Origin: a virus
Taxonomy: Duplodnaviria; Caudoviricetes
IMG/VR virus record: IMGVR_UViG_3300025018_000361
Location: 1-33,869 of that record
Strand: one strand, 5' to 3'
DNA: 33,869 bases
The notes beneath the pieces are model-generated. The model saw only the letters and a list, made by a program, of their open reading frames with translations, was not told the DNA's origin and did not search any database. A program made the position numbers and the translations under genes. Of the stretch, positions 26,238-33,823 are shown in pieces (position 1 is the stretch's first letter; each line of letters starts with the position of its first letter).

Positions 26238-27464
26238 ATGTTTTTACCGCCAGATGTTGTCATACCACTCGATGATCTTCACGCAAACATTCCTGCCGGA
26301 TTTGAGCGTGACACTGATTTTGACGGCTTATACGTCAAGATTACGAACAGCGATTGGGGCAATACTGGCGGTAGTGCAACGCACACCCACACAAGCCCCT
26401 CACACACCCACACTTGGACAGTAAACGGCCATACCCACACAACGGGCAATGTTTCAGGGAATGTTTCAAGTATTGGAAATGGTTCACACCGTGATTCACC
26501 ACCGTATGACGTAACAACAACAGCCCACTATCATCCAAGTGCAACTTCTGGTGTGATGACAAGTGCTTCAGTTTCAAGTGAAGTGGCTACTATTGGCAAT
26601 GCAAACAATGAATACTCAAGATACCATTTGATTTTTATCAGATCATTGAAATATGTCCGATTCCCTGTCAATTCGATCGTTATGAGGTCTGATGTTGGCG
26701 TTCGTGCTAAAGCAAGTCATTTTGATTCACTAGATGGCCGATATATGAAGGGTGCCAGTACCGGTGCAGATGCCGGAAGTGGTGTTGATGTATCAAACCA
26801 CAACCACACCCAATACCACGAACACGACATGATTCACAATCATGGCGGAACAAGCACGGGAAACACCGTTTCTGGTGATCTTGGTGCAGACAACATCAGT
26901 GGGGCCATGGCTGATCACGGTCATAGTATTTCATTCACTGCCCACACTCAAGTTGCTACCAACAACACCCCACTTCCATCGGCAGTTTCTCAATTGTCAT
27001 ATCAAGAGCTTCATTTCTGGAAATTCACTGAACAGGGATTTTTGAAGGAAGGCGACGTCGTTATTCATACCGGTGCAGAATTGCCACGTGGTTGGGAAGA
27101 TTTGGGGTATAACGATCTCTATATCAGAGGAAAAGCTACGGGCCAAGCACTTACAACCGGCGGATCAAACACACACACCCATGATGCAATCAATCACAAC
27201 CATGCCGGTGAAGCCCACACACATCCTTGGACAACAAACACTGTTTCAGCAAATGGTCAGTATCGTGGTGGTGGATCACCTATGGCCGGAACTCACTATC
27301 ACATAGGAACCACTTCTTCAGCCACAAACCCTGACACCGGATCAACCAATTTGACCGTTGATACTGTCAATCACGAGCCACAATACATCAAGGTACGCTT
27401 GATCAGAGCCACAAAATCGGCTTTGGTTGGTGGCGGTGGTGTAATGCAACAACATCTTGACTGA
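26238..27464 (+). CDS. His-rich tail fibre with three tandem collar-like/HxH needle modules
   Basis: Three ~135-aa units, each with four HxH motifs. Confidence 0.75.
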   Translation: MFLPPDVVIPLDDLHANIPAGFERDTDFDGLYVKITNSDWGNTGGSATHTHTSPSHTHTWTVNGHTHTTGNVSGNVSSIGNGSHRDSPPYDVTTTAHYHPSATSGVMTSASVSSEVATIGNANNEYSRYHLIFIRSLKYVRFPVNSIVMRSDVGVRAKASHFDSLDGRYMKGASTGADAGSGVDVSNHNHTQYHEHDMIHNHGGTSTGNTVSGDLGADNISGAMADHGHSISFTAHTQVATNNTPLPSAVSQLSYQELHFWKFTEQGFLKEGDVVIHTGAELPRGWEDLGYNDLYIRGKATGQALTTGGSNTHTHDAINHNHAGEAHTHPWTTNTVSANGQYRGGGSPMAGTHYHIGTTSSATNPDTGSTNLTVDTVNHEPQYIKVRLIRATKSALVGGGGVMQQHLD

Positions 27465-27472
27465 CCTTCTTG

Positions 27473-27502
27473 TTGATTCCTATGGTGTTTCAATGCAATA
27501 AT
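27473..27502 (+). promoter_or_regulatory. Promoter of the lysis cassette (probably leaderless)
   Basis: TTGATT-18-AATAAT with TGn; ATG 6 nt downstream. Confidence 0.5.
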
Positions 27503-27508
27503 GGGACT

Positions 27509-28360
27509 ATGGCAAAGATCAACTTTCCAATCATTTTCAACCAACTTGATGCCCGTTGGAAAAACAACCAACACGGCACTTCAAACAAAACACTCGGACA
27601 AACCGGATGCACAATTTCGCTTCTGGCAATGATTCTTGTTCATGCCGGATATGTGAATGAAACACCGGCCACAGTCAACAAAAAACTGACTGACAATGGT
27701 GGCTATGCTCAAGGAAATTTGATAGTATGGACGGCGGTTCCAAAGATCTGGCCAAAATTGAAGTGGCAATGGCGATATTATTCATACGATAATGCAAAAG
27801 CATCTGAATGGATTGGTCGTGGCATGGTCCCGATGATCGAGGTCAAAGCAACACCGATCGGTGGTTCGCCAAATGGGAAGCATTGGGTCGGATTTTTGGG
27901 TGATGGCGTTTCAGCAGACCCATGGGGCGGTGATATCGAACAGAACAAAATTTGGGAAGCCACCGGAATGGCATTTTTTGAATATACACCTATTACAAAC
28001 CAACAAATACCAAACCAAGAAGGGGGAAATATGGGAGAATTACCAAGCAACTATCCAGACATAATCAAGAAATCATCGGCGTACGATGAAGTTGTCAGAA
28101 CAATTTTTGGAATCACTGACCGTGACCCAAAGGATGTTTCAGTTGATGAACTCAAGCAAAAATACAATGAGTTGAAAGAACGTGCCAACAAACCGGCAGA
28201 GATCAAAGAAGTGATCAAGGAAGTTCCGGTTGAAGTTGAAAAGATCGTCGAAAAAGAGGTGGTCAAAGAGGTCCCAACCGACGGCCCACGTGAAGTCAGT
28301 TTGTATGATGTTGGGGTGAAAGTTCTTGAAAGCCTCAAGGATGTAAAAATTACAATATAG
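27509..28360 (+). CDS. Putative endolysin: C39-like cysteine peptidase plus C-terminal coiled/repeat domain
   Basis: Q.D.RW, GC...LAM, HWV, DPW (papain-like Cys-His-Asp); precedes holin-like genes. Confidence 0.75.
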   Translation: MAKINFPIIFNQLDARWKNNQHGTSNKTLGQTGCTISLLAMILVHAGYVNETPATVNKKLTDNGGYAQGNLIVWTAVPKIWPKLKWQWRYYSYDNAKASEWIGRGMVPMIEVKATPIGGSPNGKHWVGFLGDGVSADPWGGDIEQNKIWEATGMAFFEYTPITNQQIPNQEGGNMGELPSNYPDIIKKSSAYDEVVRTIFGITDRDPKDVSVDELKQKYNELKERANKPAEIKEVIKEVPVEVEKIVEKEVVKEVPTDGPREVSLYDVGVKVLESLKDVKITI

Positions 28361-28371
28361 AAAAGTAGAAA

Positions 28372-28593
28372 ATGGAACAGGCAGAGATCTTGGTCAAATT
28401 GGCTGAAACCGGTATTCTAGGCATATTGTTGGCCCTGTCACTGATCGCAATTGGTATTCTTTACAAAGACAACCGAAAATTGCAGTCAGATAGAATCCAA
28501 GATCTAAAGGATGCCCGTGATGTGGTGAAAGAGCCACTCCAAGCCATCAAACAGACGGTTGACTTGATTTTCCAATCAGTCAGTCGAAAATAA
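28372..28593 (+). CDS. Single-TM lysis-cassette protein (holin-like)
   Basis: N-terminal TM GILGILLALSLIAIGILY plus coiled coil. Confidence 0.65.
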   Translation: MEQAEILVKLAETGILGILLALSLIAIGILYKDNRKLQSDRIQDLKDARDVVKEPLQAIKQTVDLIFQSVSRK

Positions 28594-28600
28594 GGATAGC

Positions 28601-28801
28601 ATGATTATACAATTACTTGATAAACTATTAGGAATAGAAAAACAGCCGACTGAATCAGTTGAATCGTTGAAGAATGAAATCAGCACTGCAAAATTAGAAG
28701 CGGTGGAAAGTATTCAAAGGATGAACAAAATGCTTGAATCTAGCAACGTCACCTTTGATATACATATTGCAGTGGGTGGTGCAAAGAACGGAACAACATG
28801 A
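28601..28801 (+). CDS. Small coiled-coil protein in the lysis cassette
   Basis: TAAGGA RBS; ATGA overlap with the next gene. Confidence 0.6.
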   Translation: MIIQLLDKLLGIEKQPTESVESLKNEISTAKLEAVESIQRMNKMLESSNVTFDIHIAVGGAKNGTT

Positions 28802-29127
28802 ATTTTTCGATAGTAAACATTGCAGGAATTATTTTGCGAATCATGGCACTGATCATCATGATTTTTTTTGTGCTTCCAAAACAGGTCGAAGCATTCAGTT
28901 TGAAAGATGATTTTCAGGTTCTCAAAACAATGCTTCTCATTGTCAGCTTCATGGTCATTGGATCAGCAATTGGATACTTGGCACTATGGTTCGATCGTTT
29001 GGGCGTTTTTGGCCTATCTGAATTTGCCTATGATTCGATAATCGTTTCAGCTAGTGTCACCACAGTGGTAATCAGCATTACATTGGCACTTATATACCAT
29101 CATAGATATTTAAGGAAAGGACAGTGA
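28798..29127 (+). CDS. Three-TM membrane protein (holin candidate)
   Basis: Three hydrophobic helices, basic C-terminus. Confidence 0.65.
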   Translation: MNFSIVNIAGIILRIMALIIMIFFVLPKQVEAFSLKDDFQVLKTMLLIVSFMVIGSAIGYLALWFDRLGVFGLSEFAYDSIIVSASVTTVVISITLALIYHHRYLRKGQ

Positions 29128-29396
29128 TGAAAAATCCAAAAATTGAAGCCCTCAAAGAAGTTGGACGTTGGGTCCTGCTTTTTGTAGTATCTTGGGTGAT
29201 TACAGCAACACTCGATCAAATCACGAATGTTCCCGAAATGGCACAGGTCGACATTTGGGTGTTCAGTTATATGATACCCGTTCGACAGTTGTTCACCATT
29301 GGACTGACCATGGCCGGTCGGTATGCAGACAAGTTTGTGTACGAATCGACCAAACAAAATTTCACTGTTCAAACCAAAGGCATACTTCCCTTCTGA
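29124..29396 (+). CDS. Two-TM membrane protein (holin candidate)
   Basis: Two hydrophobic segments; last gene of the lysis block. Confidence 0.65.
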   Translation: MMKNPKIEALKEVGRWVLLFVVSWVITATLDQITNVPEMAQVDIWVFSYMIPVRQLFTIGLTMAGRYADKFVYESTKQNFTVQTKGILPF

Positions 29397-29423
29397 TTTT
29401 TCTGGTTTACCTCAAGTAATTTG

Positions 29424-29483
29424 AACCAGTGTCGATATTTTCGATAACTGGTATTGACAACGTACTTCAAAGCATTGTATTGT
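29424..29483 (+). promoter_or_regulatory. Inverted repeat plus promoter at the late/early boundary
   Basis: ACCAGT..TCGA/TCGA..ACTGGT (29425-29452) abutting TTGACA-18-TATTGT. Confidence 0.55.
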
Positions 29484-29540
29484 GGTATCAACCCACTGAA
29501 ACGTGGGGAATATATAAAATAGCAACGAAAGGGAAATGCT

Positions 29541-29828
29541 ATGCAATACAAATCAAGCATCGAATACGCACGGTACATGGGCCGTGGCAAGATGTTCCAC
29601 AAAGGCAGAGTTTACAAACTCAAAATTCATCAAGTAGAACTGAATTGGTTCGAAAAAATGGTGTACGGCATTACAGGTCGATACCAAGAAATCTTGAAGG
29701 TCAAAGTGTGCCGAATTCATGAAGATGGCGTTGGCCCTTGCATCAATTATCTGCACCAAGAGTTCTACCATGATGATTGGAAAATGGAACCAAATTGGCT
29801 TGAACAAAGTAAAAACCGAGCAAAATAA
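29541..29828 (+). CDS. Hypothetical protein
   Basis: GAAAGGG RBS; first ORF after the promoter. Confidence 0.65.
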   Translation: MQYKSSIEYARYMGRGKMFHKGRVYKLKIHQVELNWFEKMVYGITGRYQEILKVKVCRIHEDGVGPCINYLHQEFYHDDWKMEPNWLEQSKNRAK

Positions 29829-29840
29829 CGAAAGGAATAT

Positions 29841-30155
29841 ATGCAAGTTATTGCAATAAAGAAACCAGAGGTTGGCACAATCGTCAGAAGCAAAGAAGAT
29901 GGCTATACTGGCAAGATAATCAGATTTCTTGATTATAAAATGTCGACTTCATGGATGGATAGTCAAAACCTGCTTGACTTCAACAAAGAGATGGAAGCAA
30001 GACTTGGTGAAAAATTCAGAGAAACATACTATGAAGCGTACATCAAGATTGATGAAATCGAAGAAAATGCACGATACCAACTGAACCAGATCATTCATCT
30101 CGATTGGGGTGAGGTCCAGAACTTGGAATTTGTAGCATGGGAGTCAAAAGAATAA
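29841..30155 (+). CDS. Hypothetical protein
   Basis: GAAAGGA RBS. Confidence 0.7.
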   Translation: MQVIAIKKPEVGTIVRSKEDGYTGKIIRFLDYKMSTSWMDSQNLLDFNKEMEARLGEKFRETYYEAYIKIDEIEENARYQLNQIIHLDWGEVQNLEFVAWESKE

Positions 30156-30157
30156 AC

Positions 30158-30191
30158 TTGACCCAGACCACGAACCAGTGGCATACTGGTT
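30158..30191 (+). promoter_or_regulatory. bet promoter with inverted repeat over the -10 box
   Basis: TTGACC-18-CATACT with TGn; AACCAGT-ggcat-ACTGGTT at 30173-30191. Confidence 0.6.
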
Positions 30192-30220
30192 GTAATATAA
30201 ACAAAATGAAAGGATGCAAA

Positions 30221-31186
30221 ATGTCTAAAACGACACAAAACACAAACGAGGTTGAAGAAAAATCACAGCCTTTGGATCAGGAAGAAGTAAAAAACGAACC
30301 AGTTGCAGAAAAACTTGTCGAAGAAACTTCAATCGAAAAAGTTGAACCGGCAGAAATCGATCAAAAGACTGGCCAGTTGATTCTTACACCAAAGCACATT
30401 GATTTGATCAAAACCCAAATTGCAAATAAAGCTACCAAACAGGAATTTGAACTTTTCCTGATGATGGCATACAGAACACGGCTTGACCCGTTGATGAAAC
30501 AACTTTACTTCATCAAATACGGCGATAAAGTCAGTTATGTAACCAGTATTGATGGCTATCGAATCATTGCACATCGGACAAATGAATTTGCAGGTACCGA
30601 CGAACCAAAGTATGACTATGACAAAAACGGGAAAGTCACACATTGTACAGTGACCGTGCACAAAATGGTTCTTGGTGAAAAGTGTGGATTCACTGCAAAA
30701 GTAAAGTTTGACGAGTACACGACTGGCCAAAATCTTTGGAAAAAGATGCCGGAAACGATGATTGCAAAGGTTGCTGAAGCACATGCACTTCGAAAAGCGT
30801 TCCCACAGGATCTTTCAGGTATATATACCACCGATGAAATGGATCAAGCCGGAAACGGTAAAAGCAAGAATCAAAGCGATGATGTTCAGATGGTCAATAA
30901 ATCTCAAGTGATAAAAATCAAAGAGATTATGAACAAAAAAGAAATCACCGTTGAAAGACTGAAGGCGTTCGTCAAAAAAGCATTCAAAACCGATTCTGTT
31001 GCAAATCTAACACGAGCACAGGCAAACACTTTGATTCGTAAAATGTCTGAAATGCCTGACCCAGAACCGGCAGAAGCCGAAGAAGATGATTATTCTTTCG
31101 AAGATTTTGCCAACGATGAATTGCAAAGCGATTCAGAAGCCGATTCTGACAGCATTGCAGACGATGTTTATGAAGCATTAGGCTAA
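30221..31186 (+). CDS. bet: Bet/RecT-family single-strand annealing protein
   Basis: LDPL.KQ.YFIK, SIDGYR.IA.RT, WKKMP.TM.AKVAEA.ALRKAFP, GIYT.DEM; ATG 30221 with TGAAAGGA. Confidence 0.92.
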   Translation: MSKTTQNTNEVEEKSQPLDQEEVKNEPVAEKLVEETSIEKVEPAEIDQKTGQLILTPKHIDLIKTQIANKATKQEFELFLMMAYRTRLDPLMKQLYFIKYGDKVSYVTSIDGYRIIAHRTNEFAGTDEPKYDYDKNGKVTHCTVTVHKMVLGEKCGFTAKVKFDEYTTGQNLWKKMPETMIAKVAEAHALRKAFPQDLSGIYTTDEMDQAGNGKSKNQSDDVQMVNKSQVIKIKEIMNKKEITVERLKAFVKKAFKTDSVANLTRAQANTLIRKMSEMPDPEPAEAEEDDYSFEDFANDELQSDSEADSDSIADDVYEALG

Positions 31187-31221
31187 ACAAAAAAGCCGGA
31201 TCATGTGACAGGTGGTCCGGC
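31187..31221 (-). terminator. Hairpin with upstream A-tract (terminator for the - strand, or bidirectional)
   Basis: A-run then GCCGGATCA-9-TGGTCCGGC. Confidence 0.5.
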
Positions 31222-31230
31222 AAATTGGCA

Positions 31231-31260
31231 TTGCAACATAGTGAAACATGGTGATATAAA
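31231..31260 (+). promoter_or_regulatory. Promoter of the replication operon
   Basis: TTGCAA-18-TATAAA with TGn; spacer resembles those at 2859/33788. Confidence 0.6.
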
Positions 31261-31288
31261 TATACCAACTACATGAAAGAATAAAATT

Positions 31289-32083
31289 ATGAAATGGATT
31301 CAACACGACACTTCCGCAAGGAACGATGTCAAGTTAAAAATTCTCAAAAAAAAGTTTGGTGCGGAAGGATACGGCATATATTTCCAACTTCTTGAAATAA
31401 TTGGGGAATCAATTGAAAAAGACAATTTTGAAGATTGGGGTTTCGCCGACAAGCACCACAACATTGATACACTGGCCGACGAGGTTGGAACAACTTCGAA
31501 CAAACTTCGAAGTGTGTTAGAACTTTGTAATCAGTTGGATTTATTTCAGAAATTTCGTGGCCGTTTGTATTGCCATCAAATTCTTCACCGTTTGGACACT
31601 TACGTGAGCCGTTATGCAAAAGACGTGGACCTTGACCAGAGGAAAATTGATTTGGAATCGGAACTTGAAAACAATGTTCGAACAAACTTCGAACAAACTT
31701 CGAACAAAGTACGTCTACATAACAGTACAGAACATAACAGTACAGAACAAGAGAATACAGAACAGAAGAAAACAATTGATGACTTCTCAAAAGAATACTT
31801 GGATCATTGGAATTCTGTTCACGGGACACAATTTTCAGCAATCGATGCAATCAAAGCCAATTTGGAAAAACGAATGAAGTCATATTCTTTCGAGCAAATC
31901 AAACAGGCCATTGAAGTTGTAAAAGTTCATCATTTCTGGAAAAATAAAATGAAACCCGTCATTCTTTTGAGGTCCCAGAATACAGCCAAAGAGCCGGTTG
32001 ACTACATCGGGGAAATGCTCAATTACAGGCCTGAAAAGAAGTTCGAGAATCAACAAGATGACAAATATGAAGGGATTGAATAA
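31289..32083 (+). CDS. Phage replication initiator (Lin1244/Lin1753-like N-terminus, conserved phage C-terminal domain)
   Basis: W..HD..ARND.K...L..KFG.EGYG.YF..LE; internal iterons; followed by DnaC-like gene. Confidence 0.85.
   Translation: MKWIQHDTSARNDVKLKILKKKFGAEGYGIYFQLLEIIGESIEKDNFEDWGFADKHHNIDTLADEVGTTSNKLRSVLELCNQLDLFQKFRGRLYCHQILHRLDTYVSRYAKDVDLDQRKIDLESELENNVRTNFEQTSNKVRLHNSTEHNSTEQENTEQKKTIDDFSKEYLDHWNSVHGTQFSAIDAIKANLEKRMKSYSFEQIKQAIEVVKVHHFWKNKMKPVILLRSQNTAKEPVDYIGEMLNYRPEKKFENQQDDKYEGIE
31675..31765. repeat. Replication origin: 11-bp iterons and 15-bp strand-biased repeats inside the initiator gene
   Basis: TTCGAACAAA x3 with 11-bp period (31677-31708), another at 31495; ACATAACAGTACAGA x2 plus a degenerate third copy (31717-31761). 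Confidence 0.8.
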
Positions 32084-32760
32084 TGCAAAAAATAGGCGAC
32101 ACACTCAAAACGTTTGAACTGCCCAAAAACGACTTTGAAGGAATCGAAACCACCAACGCACCACAAATCGATGACAAATCCCAAAAAGAAGCAAAAGAAT
32201 TGCAAATCAAATATATTTTGGAAGCATTACCACCACGCTTTTCACACGTCACACCAAATTTTGACACTTATAACGAACTGAAAGATTCAAAACAGTCTTT
32301 GATTTTTACTGGTCCGGTCGGGACCGGCAAGACACACAAGATGTTCGAAATCTTGGTCCCATATCTAGCACAGCATTACATTTCAGTATTTTTTGAACCA
32401 AGGAAGATTCAACCAGAAGTCATTCAGAAGCATTTTTTCAGCGTTTCAGAAGCCCTTCGAAGAATCCGTCAGTCATTCGATCAGAAAACCGACATGGATG
32501 TTGCAGATTGGATGATCAAAACACCGATGCTTTTTTTGGACGACTTGGGCACTGAAAAGATCAGTGATTGGACCCGTGAAATCTTTTTCAACGTCATAAA
32601 CGAGCGTTACAACTGGATGCGACCGATTGTCATGTCGACAAACCTGACTTTCAAGGAAATTGCACAGCACTATGGGGACCGCATGGCTTCACGACTTTAC
32701 GAGATGTCAAAAATACAAAGAATTGAAGGCGACGATCGTCGTTTGAAAGGATCAAAATGA
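32083..32760 (+). CDS. DnaC/IstB-like AAA+ helicase loader
   Basis: GPVGTGKT, LFLDDLG.E, INERY...P...STN, R..SRL.EM, G.DRR. Confidence 0.92.
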   Translation: MQKIGDTLKTFELPKNDFEGIETTNAPQIDDKSQKEAKELQIKYILEALPPRFSHVTPNFDTYNELKDSKQSLIFTGPVGTGKTHKMFEILVPYLAQHYISVFFEPRKIQPEVIQKHFFSVSEALRRIRQSFDQKTDMDVADWMIKTPMLFLDDLGTEKISDWTREIFFNVINERYNWMRPIVMSTNLTFKEIAQHYGDRMASRLYEMSKIQRIEGDDRRLKGSK

Positions 32761-33011
32761 AAAATGTGATGGTAACTTGGCGTGATAGCAATCGATACTT
32801 GGAACAAATCGAACAAGATCATGACTTTCAAACAGTGTTGATCAATACCGTTGGCCACTTGGTCAGTGCAGACAAATTCAAAGTTGTTATTGCACAAGAT
32901 GAAATTGGTGGTGAACTTCGTGGTGTAATCGCAATTCCAACTGAAAACATTATCAAAATGTGGGAAATGACTGACATGAAATTATTAAAAATTGAAAGGC
33001 ACACGAAATGA
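32757..33011 (+). CDS. Small phage protein (V.W.DS...TVG.L...IP...I type)
   Basis: TGAAAGGA RBS; ATGA overlaps at both ends. Confidence 0.7.
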   Translation: MKNVMVTWRDSNRYLEQIEQDHDFQTVLINTVGHLVSADKFKVVIAQDEIGGELRGVIAIPTENIIKMWEMTDMKLLKIERHTK

Positions 33012-33226
33012 AAAAAAAGTTATCAATAATCTGGAAAATGATCATCAAGCTGACTGAACTTGGACTTGCATTGCTTGTTTTTCTGGACGTTATCTTTGGC
33101 GTTGCAGATATGAATACTGCAATCATGATCGGCGTTCTGATTTGGCACGTTATTCTCGACATACGATCATATCAACAACCAATCACAATCAATTTTATTG
33201 ATACAAGTGGGAAGGATTCAGAATGA
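33008..33226 (+). CDS. Small two-TM membrane protein
   Basis: Two hydrophobic segments; ATGA coupling. Confidence 0.65.
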   Translation: MKKKLSIIWKMIIKLTELGLALLVFLDVIFGVADMNTAIMIGVLIWHVILDIRSYQQPITINFIDTSGKDSE

Positions 33227-33558
33227 ATGAACCAAAACCAAGAAATTCCACACAGCAAGTAATTTTTGGTATTTTTGATGAAGCATTTCCAAGTAGTGAA
33301 TTTATTGCAAAAAAATGGCAAAAATCTGAATGGTCTGATCAATATAGATTCATATTAAAATCAAGAATGAAAGGAACAACACTTGAGAAAATAGGCTATG
33401 AATTAGGATATACCAAAGAGAGAGTCAGACAAAAAGAAGCAAAGGCATTGAGAATTTTTCGCAACAAGGTAGAGAGAGGCTTTCCAAGAAAACAAATAAC
33501 TACTGAACAAAAAAGCAGATTCATAGAAAATTTGAGAAATAGAATGGGCAAAAAATGA
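33223..33558 (+). CDS. Stand-alone sigma-70 region 4-type HTH protein
   Basis: TLEKIGYELGYTKERVRQKEAKALR matches the sigma region 4.2 consensus. Confidence 0.85.
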   Translation: MNEPKPRNSTQQVIFGIFDEAFPSSEFIAKKWQKSEWSDQYRFILKSRMKGTTLEKIGYELGYTKERVRQKEAKALRIFRNKVERGFPRKQITTEQKSRFIENLRNRMGKK

Positions 33559-33645
33559 AAATAGTAAAGATTTTGTGGAGTGATTGCCATTCCTAGAGAA
33601 AACATTATCAAAATTATAAAAATAAAAGAAGGGAATTCGAAATGA
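33555..33645 (+). pseudogene. Internally deleted paralogue of the 32757-33011 gene
   Basis: MKIVKILWSD (cf. MKNVMVTWRDS) joined out of frame to GVIAIPRENIIK (cf. GVIAIPTENIIK). Confidence 0.7.
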
Positions 33646-33791
33646 ACTACTACCAATACAACCCAGTAAAAGTTGCTTTTTGGTCACTGCTATTCTGCTT
33701 GATCGGATACACAATCAGTCCCGTAACTGGAATGATCAGTGCTTTGATTTTCCTTGCAATGCAGATGGTTCTTGATCAAATCAATGATTGA
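33642..33791 (+). CDS. Small membrane protein (49 aa, not in ORF track)
   Basis: MNYYQYNPVKVAFWSLLFCLIGYTISPVTGMISALIFLAMQMVLDQIND; GAAGGG RBS. Confidence 0.55.
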   Translation: MNYYQYNPVKVAFWSLLFCLIGYTISPVTGMISALIFLAMQMVLDQIND

Positions 33792-33817
33792 CAACATATA
33801 GAAACCTATGGAATAAT
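33788..33817 (+). promoter_or_regulatory. Sigma-70-type promoter (copy 2 of the 2859 element)
   Basis: TTGACA-18-AATAAT with TGn; 27 of 31 positions identical to the 2859 copy. Confidence 0.7.
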
Positions 33818-33823
33818 AGCAAC

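Noticed and set aside
23296-27464. Diversity-generating retroelement suggested by the Mtd-like N-terminal domain
   Set aside because: No reverse transcriptase ORF and no ~100-bp template/variable repeat pair differing at adenines was seen.
31675-31765. CRISPR or mini-array
   Set aside because: The repeats are 11-15 bp, directly tandem, without spacers, and lie inside the initiator gene; they fit origin iterons.
33223-33558. Complete phage sigma factor
   Set aside because: Only 111 aa with region 4; no region 2 evident.
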